Assembly: GCA_034506455.1 (NCBI GenBank)
Contig: JAPDPN010000004.1
Span: forward strand, 1-53,504
Origin: Candidatus Zhuqueibacterota bacterium
GTDB taxonomy: Bacteria > Zhuqueibacterota > Zhuqueibacteria > Residuimicrobiales > Krinioviventaceae
DNA: 53,504 bases
Direction of reading: 5' to 3'
A program made the translations under genes and the position numbers. This document shows, piece by piece, positions 45,932-53,504 of the stretch; position 1 is the stretch's first letter, and each line of letters begins with the position of its first letter. The notes beneath the pieces are model-generated. The model ran no database searches and was not told the DNA's origin. It worked only from the letters and a program-made list of their open reading frames with translations.

Positions 45932-46027
45932 TTGCCGAGCGGTAAAAAACGAAAACGTCATAAAATTGCGACTCATAAGCGTAAAAAACGCCTGCGCAAG
46001 AATCGCCACAAGAAGAAAGGGAAATAA
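45932..46027 (+). CDS. 31-aa highly basic microprotein, bS22/mS38 (AURKAIP1/COX24)-like candidate small ribosomal protein
   Basis: Absent from the ORF track. The TTG start is preceded by the strong SD AGGAGGAGGTGA. It translates to MPSGKKRKRHKIATHKRKKRLRKNRHKKKGK* and is followed by a hairpin and T-tract. Confidence 0.55.
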   Translation: MPSGKKRKRHKIATHKRKKRLRKNRHKKKGK

Positions 46028-46033
46028 GAAAAA

Positions 46034-46062
46034 AAGGGCTGAGAGAATTTCTTAGCCCTTTT
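46034..46062 (+). terminator. putative rho-independent terminator
   Basis: Stem AAGGGCT (46034..46040) pairs with AGCCCTT (46054..46060), followed by TTATCTGTTTTT. Confidence 0.5.
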
Positions 46063-46080
46063 ATCTGTTTTTAGGAGCCT

Positions 46081-47337
46081 ATGCGAAATCCGGCCGAGAA
46101 CCTGCCGATGCCGGTTTTTTCGGTAAGCGGCATCACGCTCGAGATTAAAGAGCTTCTGGAGATCAATCTGTCGGAGGTTTGGGTCGAGGGCGAGGTATCC
46201 AATTTCGTCCATCACACCTCCGGTCACCTTTACTTTACGCTAAAGGACGAAAACGCGCAGTTGGCCTGCGTCGTTTGGCGGCAGAGAGCCGCAATGCTCA
46301 TGCTCACCCCTCGCGACGGTCTCAAGATTCGTGCATATGGTTCCATCCGCGTCTATGAAAAGCGAGGCGTTTACCAGCTCGATATTCTGCGCATCCTTCC
46401 GGCCGGCATCGGCGAACTGCAGGCGGCCTTTGAAGAGCTAAAAGCCAAACTGCGCAACGAAGGGCTTTTCGATGCGCAACATAAAAAGCCCTTGCCGCCC
46501 TTTCCGCAGGCGATCGGCATCATCAGCTCCGCCGACGGGGCAGCCGTACGCGACATTCTGCAAATTCTCAATCGACGTGCTCCCTATGTCAAAAAAATTT
46601 TGCGACCCACTTTGGTCCAAGGCGACGGCGCTCCGGCCGATATTGTTGCGGCCCTGCGCGATTTTAACGACTACGGCCAAGTCGACCTGATTATTCTTGC
46701 CCGCGGCGGCGGGTCTATCGAAGATTTGTGGGCTTTTAATGAAGAGGCCGTGGTGCGGGCGATTTTCGCTTCCAAAATACCGGTCGTTTCCGCCGTCGGC
46801 CATGAGGTTGACTTTACGCTGGCGGATTTTGTGGCGGATATGCGTGCTCCAACTCCTTCTGCTGCAGCAGAATTGGTGGTTAAACCTAAAGTAGAACTTG
46901 CAGCTTTTTTGACCGACCTATATCGAAAACAAATTGGTTCGTTGCGGCGCGCCATCGAAAACCGCAAGACTCGTCTGCAGTGGCTGAAGGCGGCTTATGC
47001 CTTTCGTCGACCAACAGACTTGGTGCATCAACGTGCGCAAAGGATGGATGAGCTGCAACGGAACCTCTGGTTGCAGCAGCATACCCGCACGCTTTTGCTG
47101 AAGGAACGCCTTCAAAACCTAAGCAACCGTTTGCGCAATCTGCACCCGGCCTCGGTTCTGCAGCGCGGCTACGCTCTGGTTCACGATCCCAGCCGCAATG
47201 TTTGGATCGCAGAGGCCGATAAGGTCGATGAAACCGGTACAATGCAGGTTTTTTTTCGCAAAGGTGCCGTATCCGCCGCTATTTTATCTAAGGACCTTTC
47301 CGCAAAGCTGCCGTTCAATCTCGAGGAAACCTTATGA
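46081..47337 (+). CDS. xseA: exodeoxyribonuclease VII large subunit
   Basis: An OB-fold N-terminus (VWVEGEVSNFVHHTSGHLYFTLKDE), the catalytic region (LARGGGSIEDLWAFNEE) and a C-terminal coiled coil. It overlaps xseB by 4 nt. Confidence 0.9.
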   Translation: MRNPAENLPMPVFSVSGITLEIKELLEINLSEVWVEGEVSNFVHHTSGHLYFTLKDENAQLACVVWRQRAAMLMLTPRDGLKIRAYGSIRVYEKRGVYQLDILRILPAGIGELQAAFEELKAKLRNEGLFDAQHKKPLPPFPQAIGIISSADGAAVRDILQILNRRAPYVKKILRPTLVQGDGAPADIVAALRDFNDYGQVDLIILARGGGSIEDLWAFNEEAVVRAIFASKIPVVSAVGHEVDFTLADFVADMRAPTPSAAAELVVKPKVELAAFLTDLYRKQIGSLRRAIENRKTRLQWLKAAYAFRRPTDLVHQRAQRMDELQRNLWLQQHTRTLLLKERLQNLSNRLRNLHPASVLQRGYALVHDPSRNVWIAEADKVDETGTMQVFFRKGAVSAAILSKDLSAKLPFNLEETL

Positions 47338-47558
47338 CGCATGAACCGGAAATCTCTTTTGAATCCGCAATGGAGCGATTAGAGGAAATCGCCGCGCATT
47401 TGGAAAGCGGCGAGGTCTCTTTGGATGAAAGCATAAGCCTCTTTGAAGAGGCAAATCGCTTGTTCCGCTTTTGTCGGGAAAAATTGCGGCAAGCAGAGGA
47501 AAAGCTCTATATTTTAGAACGAGAGGGTAATTCGTTTAAAGAAAAACTTGAAGAATAG
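47334..47558 (+). CDS. xseB: exodeoxyribonuclease VII small subunit
   Basis: 74 aa, reading FESAMERLEEIAAHLESGEVSLDESISLFEEANRLFRFCREKL. Confidence 0.9.
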   Translation: MTHEPEISFESAMERLEEIAAHLESGEVSLDESISLFEEANRLFRFCREKLRQAEEKLYILEREGNSFKEKLEE

Positions 47559-47564
47559 ATTGCC

Positions 47565-49493
47565 ATGAACCGGACGCTCTTGGAAGCAGTCAATTCGCCG
47601 AAGGACATCAAGAGTCTAACGCATGAAGAACTGCGCCTGTTGGCGCAGGAACTGCGCGAGATCATCATCGAGACGATCGCCCGGAACGGCGGCCATTTGG
47701 CGCCTTCTCTCGGGGTCGTCGAGCTGACGCTCGCCCTTCATTATGTGTTCGACACTCCCGATGATCAGATTATTTGGGATGTGGGCCACCAATGTTATGC
47801 GCACAAGCTGCTAACCGGCAGAAAGGATCGCTTTCATACCATTCGCTGCTATAAGGGCATCAGCGGTTTTCCGAAACCGGCTGAAAGCGAATACGATGCC
47901 TTTGGCGTCGGTCATTCGAGTACGGCGATTTCCGCCGCCTTCGGCATGGCGTGCGCGCGCGATCTAAAGAACGAGCGCTTTAAAGTGATCGCCGTGGTCG
48001 GCGACGGCGCCCTGACCGGAGGGCTGGCCTATGAAGGACTGAACAACGCCGGTGCTTCGGGAAAAGATTTGATCGTCATACTCAACGACAACAGTATGTC
48101 GATTTCGCCGAATGTGGGCGCCATTTCCAATTATCTCACCAGCATTATCGCCAACCCAGTTTACAACCGCATTAAAAGCGATGTGTGGGAATTGACCGGT
48201 AAAATGGAAAGCATGGGTCCGGTCATCCGCAAAATCGTGCGCCGATTGGAAGAAAGCCTGAAGGCTTTTATAACGCCGGGAGTCCTTTTCGAGCGTTTGG
48301 GTTTCCGTTACTTTGGACCAGTCGACGGTCATGATATCGGCGATATGATCAACCTTTTTCAGGAGATCAAAAACTTAAAGGGACCTTTGCTGGTTCACGT
48401 CATTACCAAAAAGGGCAAAGGGTATCCGCCGGCCGAACAGAATGCAACGGTCTTTCACGGTTTGGGCAAATTCGATCTTGCGACCGGAGAGCCGCTCAAG
48501 ACAAACGGCCCCACCTACACGCAAATCTTTGGTCAAACCATCGTTGAATTGGCGGAGCGCGAGCCTCGATTGATCGCCATCACCGCCGCCATGAGTTTGG
48601 GATCGGGATTGAGCGCCTTTTCGCAAAAGTTCCCTACCCGATTCTTCGATGTCGGCATTGCCGAAGGACATGCCGTTACATTTGCCGCGGGACTCGCCAA
48701 ACAGGGCATGCGGCCATTTTTTGCCGTCTATTCTTCGTTCCTGCAGCGCGCATTCGATATGATTATCCATGACGTGGCCTTGCAAAACCTGCCAGTGGTT
48801 TTCTGCATCGACCGCGGCGGGTTGGTCGGCGACGACGGACCCACTCATCACGGCGCCTTTGACCTGGCTTATCTGCGCACCGTTCCTAATATAGTAATCA
48901 TGGCTCCCAAAGACGAAAACGAGCTCCGTCATATGCTTTACACTGCCTTGAGCTACGACCGCGGTCCCTGCGCTGTTCGGTATCCGCGCGGAGAGGGGTG
49001 GGGAATTCCGCTCGATTCCGAGCTCGCCGCCTTGCCGATCGGCAAAGCCGAAGTACTCGAGGCGGGAGAAAGCATCGCTCTGCTTGCACTCGGCTCAATG
49101 GTCTATCCCGCCTGGCGCGCTGCACAACGCTTTGTGCAGGAATTCGGTAAAAAGCTGACCGTCGTGAATGCCCGCTTTGTCAAACCGCTCGACGGCGATT
49201 TGATCGCCGATTTGGCCAAAACGCATCGAACCGTTGTTACACTCGAGGAGGGGACCTTAAACGGCGGTTTCGGCAGCGCCGTCGCCGAGCTGCTCGCAGA
49301 CCGCGGCATCGAGGGCGTGGAGCTGATACGGCTCGGCATTCCCGATCAATTTATCGAGCAGGGCGAGCGTCATGAACTATTGGCCGCTTTGGGATTGACG
49401 GAAGAAGGAATCTACAAAACGTTGCTGCACTCGCGCACCGGCCATCACTTGATCCAGCGCCATAAAATTTTGCCCTCATTTCTTTTCCGATGA
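47565..49493 (+). CDS. dxs: 1-deoxy-D-xylulose-5-phosphate synthase
   Basis: GGHLAPSLGVVELTLALHYVF, IWDVGHQCYAHKLLTGR and the TPP motif VVGDGALTGGLAYEGLNNAG. Confidence 0.95.
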   Translation: MNRTLLEAVNSPKDIKSLTHEELRLLAQELREIIIETIARNGGHLAPSLGVVELTLALHYVFDTPDDQIIWDVGHQCYAHKLLTGRKDRFHTIRCYKGISGFPKPAESEYDAFGVGHSSTAISAAFGMACARDLKNERFKVIAVVGDGALTGGLAYEGLNNAGASGKDLIVILNDNSMSISPNVGAISNYLTSIIANPVYNRIKSDVWELTGKMESMGPVIRKIVRRLEESLKAFITPGVLFERLGFRYFGPVDGHDIGDMINLFQEIKNLKGPLLVHVITKKGKGYPPAEQNATVFHGLGKFDLATGEPLKTNGPTYTQIFGQTIVELAEREPRLIAITAAMSLGSGLSAFSQKFPTRFFDVGIAEGHAVTFAAGLAKQGMRPFFAVYSSFLQRAFDMIIHDVALQNLPVVFCIDRGGLVGDDGPTHHGAFDLAYLRTVPNIVIMAPKDENELRHMLYTALSYDRGPCAVRYPRGEGWGIPLDSELAALPIGKAEVLEAGESIALLALGSMVYPAWRAAQRFVQEFGKKLTVVNARFVKPLDGDLIADLAKTHRTVVTLEEGTLNGGFGSAVAELLADRGIEGVELIRLGIPDQFIEQGERHELLAALGLTEEGIYKTLLHSRTGHHLIQRHKILPSFLFR

Positions 49494-50383
49494 AGCTCGG
49501 CATAATCGCAAATATCCAAAAACCCAAGGCCGTTTCTGCGGCAAAAACATTTGCTGCTTTGCTGCAAACGCGCAACCTTGATTATTTTTTTTCCGAGGAT
49601 CTGAAAAGGTTCCTCGATTCGCCCGAAAAGGAAAAAGTTTTAAGGATCGAACGGCTGGCAGAGATCTGCGATGTTTTGGCGACGTTCGGCGGTGACGGTA
49701 CCATACTCTCTACCGCCAGGCAAATCGGCGCCGCCGGCAAACCGATCCTCGGCATCAACATCGGTACTTTGGGTTTTTTGGCCGAAGTTTTGATGGAAGA
49801 AGTCGAGCAGACATTGGATGATCTCATTGCAGGGCACTATACCCTCATCGACCGCATGGCTCTGCGCATCACCGTCGAGCGAAAATACCTGAGACGCACT
49901 TTTTACGCCCTCAATGATGTCGTCGTCGACCGCGGCCCGACAACGAAACTGATCTACATCGATGCCCGCGTCAACGGCAGGTTTCTCAACTCCTATCGCG
50001 CCGACGGACTGATCGTCGCGACTCCAACCGGCTCCACAGCTTATTCGCTCTCGGCCGGCGGACCGTTGCTCATGCCGACTATGAATGCGCTGATCGTGAC
50101 GCCCATCTGCCCTCATTCGTTGTCGGTTCGCCCGATTGTGCTCACCGATGACTGCATTGTGGAGCTGTCGATACGCAAAGAGGCCGAACCGGTGCAGATC
50201 AATATCGACGGTCAAAACCAATGTCAACTCTTGGCCAAAGAAAGGCTTCTCGTCGCAAAAGCCGAATACAGCGTCAAATGGATCTCTATCGGCCAGAGGG
50301 ACTTTTTTGCCGTCCTGCGCTCCAAACTAAACTGGGGCAGCGAAAACAACAGCAGTACATCTGATTCGAAACAGAGTTTATGA
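49490..50383 (+). CDS. nadK: NAD+ kinase
   Basis: GGDGT motif (LATFGGDGTILS) and ADGLIVATPTGSTAYSLSAGGP. It has 4-nt overlaps with dxs and mutS. Confidence 0.9.
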   Translation: MKLGIIANIQKPKAVSAAKTFAALLQTRNLDYFFSEDLKRFLDSPEKEKVLRIERLAEICDVLATFGGDGTILSTARQIGAAGKPILGINIGTLGFLAEVLMEEVEQTLDDLIAGHYTLIDRMALRITVERKYLRRTFYALNDVVVDRGPTTKLIYIDARVNGRFLNSYRADGLIVATPTGSTAYSLSAGGPLLMPTMNALIVTPICPHSLSVRPIVLTDDCIVELSIRKEAEPVQINIDGQNQCQLLAKERLLVAKAEYSVKWISIGQRDFFAVLRSKLNWGSENNSSTSDSKQSL

Positions 50384-53010
50384 AGTCGGAACTGGCGACA
50401 ACTCCGCTGATGGAGCAATATCACCGCATCAAAAAGCAGCACAAAGATGCCGTGCTGTTCTTCCGGATGGGCGATTTCTATGAAATGTTCTACGAGGATG
50501 CTCATATCGGCGCCAAGGTGCTGGGCATTACCCTGACCTCTCGTTCCCACGGCAAGGCTGCCGATGTTCCGCTGGCCGGATTCCCGCACCATGCGCTGGA
50601 AACCTATTTGGCGAAAATGATCAAAGCCGGCTATCACGTGGCCATCTGCGAACAGGTCGAAGACCCGAAACTCGCCAAAACGGTCGTTAAAAGGGAAGTC
50701 ATCGAAATTGTCACTCCGGGCACGGCTGTCTCGGATGATCTGCTGGAGAGCAAAAAGAACAATTTTCTTCTGGCTCTCTGCTTTGAAAAGAACGCCTTCG
50801 GCATCGCCAAAACAGATGTGTCGACGGGTGAGTTTGAAGTAGGCGAGTTCCCGCTCTCTCGTTTAGAGGAAAAGATCCGCTCGATCGAACCGGCAGAAAT
50901 TCTCGTCTCCGAAACCCAAGAAGAAACGCTGCGCCGTCTCTGCCGCTCTCTAAACGACATACCGATTACGGTGCGGGAAGAATGGCATTTCAACTATGAC
51001 TTGGGACGCGATCTTTTGTTGGAGCACTTTGGCACACTTTCCTTGAAAGGGTTCGGCATCGAGGGCCTCACGCTGGGGATCGCCGCCGCCGGAGCAGCCT
51101 TTGCCTATTTACGTGAAAACCAAAAAGAACGCCTTCGCCATATCGCAAAAATCTCGCTGCTGGCGGATGACGAGATCATGCAGATCGACAGCACCACGCG
51201 TCGGAATTTGGAATTGATAGCGCCGATGAACGTATCGAATCGACGTGCCACCCTGCTGTCGGTCATCGACCAAACTCTGACGCCGATGGGAGGCCGCAAG
51301 CTGGTTCATTGGCTGCTTTATCCTTTATTGAATGTGGAAAAAATTCGTCACCGCCAGGATGCCGTTGAAGAGCTGATGCAGAACAACGATCTGCGCGAAA
51401 AGCTGCGGGGTCTGCTGAAGCAGATCGGCGACATCGAGCGGCTGCTGACCAAATTTGCCACCAACCGCGCCAATGCACGGGATGCAAATGCCGTTAAAAA
51501 CGCCCTTCTGACCATCGCGCAGATCAAAAGCCGACTCGTCGCCTGCAAGAGTCATCGCCTAGTCGCCATTCGGGAAGGGCTCGATCCGTTGGAACAAGTC
51601 GCCCGACGCATTGCCTCAGCCATAGTCGAAAATCCGCCGTTGTCCGTAACCGAAGGCGGATTTATTCGCCGCGGTTATCATGAGGAACTGGACTCGCTGC
51701 GCGATATTGCCTATTCCGGCAAAGACTGGATCGCCCGTCTGCAGCAGGAGGAGCGGCAAAAGACCGGCATAGCTTCTCTGAAGGTAAACTATAACAAAGT
51801 GTTCGGATACTACATTGAGGTCACCAAGCCCAATCTTGCACGGGTGCCGTCGCATTACATTCGCAAACAAACCTTGGTCAATGCGGAGCGCTTTATCACT
51901 CAGGAGCTCAAAGAATATGAGGAAAAAATATTGGGCGCCGAGGAGAAAATGGCGGCCATCGAATACGAGCTCTTTAACGAACTGCGAGACTATCTCCTCA
52001 GTTTTACCCTGCCTCTGCAGACGAATTCAGCGCTCATTGCCGAGCTGGATTGCTACTTTTCGCTTGCCCAGACGGCGGTCGAGCATCATTATTGTCGCCC
52101 CGACATTGACGAAAGCGACCGCCTAGAAATCAAAGACGGAAGGCATCCGGTCATCGAACGGTTGTTGCCGCCCGGCGAGCAGTTTGTGGCCAATGATCTG
52201 TACATGGACAACAAAACCGAACAGATTCTCATCATTACCGGCCCCAACATGGCGGGCAAATCGACTTTTTTGCGACAAACCGCTTTGATTGCCATTCTGG
52301 CGCAAATGGGCAGCTTTGTGCCTGCCGCCTCGGCCAAGATCGGTTTGTTGGATCGTCTGTTTACGCGCGTCGGCGCATCGGACAACCTGGCGGCAGGGGA
52401 GAGCACCTTTTTGACCGAGATGAACGAGACCGCCAACATTCTCAACAATGCCACCGCCAAAAGCCTGATCATCCTCGACGAAATCGGCAGGGGCACCAGT
52501 ACATTCGACGGGTTGTCGATCGCCTGGTCGGTTGTGGAATACCTGCACAACACGCCGCGGCTTGCAGCAAAAACACTCTTTGCGACGCACTATCATGAAT
52601 TGACGGAACTGGAACTGGTCTTGCCGCGTGTAAAAAACTACAATGTGGCAGTCCGTGAATGGGGCGATCACATTGTGTTTTTGCGCAAAATCGTGCCGGG
52701 CAGCTGCGATCACAGCTACGGCATTCAAGTGGCAAAACTTGCCGGCTTGCCGAAACCGGTTATTGATCGGGCCAAAGAAGTGCTCAAGAACCTGGAAGCG
52801 GAAGCCTTGACGCCGGATAATGAGCCGCGTTTGGCGCTGCATCGACCTCAGCAGGTGCAGGCAGGACGACAAATTGATTTGTTCGAACAGCTCGAAAAAT
52901 CGTTGCGCCAAGAATTGGCGCAGATCAATCCCAACGAACTGACGCCGATCGAAGCCCTGCAAAAGCTGGATCAGCTCAAGCAACTTGCCGGCTCTGCAGG
53001 CAAATCATGA
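50380..53010 (+). CDS. mutS: DNA mismatch repair protein MutS
   Basis: The N-terminal mismatch-binding motif is TPLMEQYHRIKKQHKDAVLFFRMGDFYEMFYEDA. Walker A is GPNMAGKSTFLRQ. It also carries ILDEIGRGTSTFDGLSIAWSV. Confidence 0.95.
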   Translation: MKSELATTPLMEQYHRIKKQHKDAVLFFRMGDFYEMFYEDAHIGAKVLGITLTSRSHGKAADVPLAGFPHHALETYLAKMIKAGYHVAICEQVEDPKLAKTVVKREVIEIVTPGTAVSDDLLESKKNNFLLALCFEKNAFGIAKTDVSTGEFEVGEFPLSRLEEKIRSIEPAEILVSETQEETLRRLCRSLNDIPITVREEWHFNYDLGRDLLLEHFGTLSLKGFGIEGLTLGIAAAGAAFAYLRENQKERLRHIAKISLLADDEIMQIDSTTRRNLELIAPMNVSNRRATLLSVIDQTLTPMGGRKLVHWLLYPLLNVEKIRHRQDAVEELMQNNDLREKLRGLLKQIGDIERLLTKFATNRANARDANAVKNALLTIAQIKSRLVACKSHRLVAIREGLDPLEQVARRIASAIVENPPLSVTEGGFIRRGYHEELDSLRDIAYSGKDWIARLQQEERQKTGIASLKVNYNKVFGYYIEVTKPNLARVPSHYIRKQTLVNAERFITQELKEYEEKILGAEEKMAAIEYELFNELRDYLLSFTLPLQTNSALIAELDCYFSLAQTAVEHHYCRPDIDESDRLEIKDGRHPVIERLLPPGEQFVANDLYMDNKTEQILIITGPNMAGKSTFLRQTALIAILAQMGSFVPAASAKIGLLDRLFTRVGASDNLAAGESTFLTEMNETANILNNATAKSLIILDEIGRGTSTFDGLSIAWSVVEYLHNTPRLAAKTLFATHYHELTELELVLPRVKNYNVAVREWGDHIVFLRKIVPGSCDHSYGIQVAKLAGLPKPVIDRAKEVLKNLEAEALTPDNEPRLALHRPQQVQAGRQIDLFEQLEKSLRQELAQINPNELTPIEALQKLDQLKQLAGSAGKS

Positions 53011-53021
53011 GGAAGATTGCG

Positions 53022-53504
53022 TGAAAAGGCATTTTTTGACGTTGATCATTATTTTTTACTCAAGTCGGACTTTCAGCGCTTCGGTTGCGAAATATGCGGG
53101 CGAATTTATGAGCATGGGAGTCGGGGCGCGAGCACTCGGTATGGGCGGAGCCGCCGTCGCCGTCGCCAACGATGTGACCTGCGGATATTGGAATCCTGCC
53201 GGATCCTCGCGGCTGCTGTATCCGGAAATTGCCTTTATGCATGCCGAACAATTCGCCGGTATGGTCAACTATGACTATGCTGGGCTTTCGCTTCCGTTGC
53301 CGAAAAATGCCGGTTTGACTTTTTCTTTAATTCGCGTCGGAGTTGATGACATTCCCTACACGACTATTCCCCGGCCGGACTTGCGACAAGATACCGTTTT
53401 TGTCGATGCGGACGGCAACCTGGTCGTCAATCGGCCTTATGTCTATCGCACCGTAAGCGACGCCGAATATGCCGCTTATTTCGGTTACAGCCGACGGTAC
53501 GATC
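53022..53504 (+). CDS. PorV/PorQ-family outer-membrane protein, 5' part (runs off the window)
   Basis: Absent from the ORF track. The GTG at 53022 is preceded by GAGGAAG. It translates to MKRHFLTLIIIFYSSRTFSASVAKYAGEFMSMGVGARALGMGGAAVAVANDVTCGYWNPAGSS..., the same N-terminal signature as 33269..34321. The frame stays open to the window end. Confidence 0.6.

Noticed and set aside
53017-53274. 85-aa plus-strand ORF after mutS
   Set aside because: It is in the wrong frame. The frame starting at GTG 53022 has an SD, a signal peptide and the PorV/PorQ N-terminal signature, and it stays open to the window end.

Overview
This 53.5 kb window comes from a mid-GC bacterium. Its secreted proteins carry T9SS-type C-terminal sorting domains, and it encodes PorV/PorQ-like and CarboxypepD_reg-type TonB-dependent outer-membrane proteins, which suggests the FCB superphylum.

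Layout:
- 1..13.4 kb (minus strand): a complete Tad/Flp pilus locus. It is bracketed by a sigma-54-type response regulator, which is cut by the window edge and absent from the ORF track, and by a divergently transcribed soluble GAF histidine kinase.
- Two near-identical flp pilin genes of 50 and 52 aa are missing from the ORF track and are masked by a spurious 182-aa ORF. Upstream of them I read a well-spaced sigma-54 -24/-12 promoter.
- 15.3..22.6 kb: an operon of glycyl-radical-enzyme activase, an uncharacterised glycyl radical enzyme and a secreted M64 metallopeptidase, divergent from a TonB-dependent-like outer-membrane protein.
- 22.6..29.3 kb: a lipoprotein, an ICMT-like membrane methyltransferase and two T9SS cargo proteins.
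- 29.5..32.6 kb: a solitary GC-rich type IIG restriction-modification fusion enzyme.
- 32.6..40.7 kb: a HAD hydrolase, then a PorV-like protein, a 1185-aa CTD protein and a TonB-dependent receptor.
- 41.3..53.5 kb: tRNA-Val(CAC) and ordinary housekeeping genes (SSF transporter, GT4, sppA, HU/IHF, an unlisted 31-aa bS22-like microprotein, xseAB, dxs, nadK, mutS), ending in a second, partial PorV-like gene.

I found no CRISPR array, transposase, integrase or rRNA.

The most interesting candidates are the sigma-54/two-component-wired Tad locus, whose last gene is a DUF192-ICMT fusion, and the GRE-activase-M64 peptidase locus. All functional calls rest on motif-level reading of translations. No database search was run.
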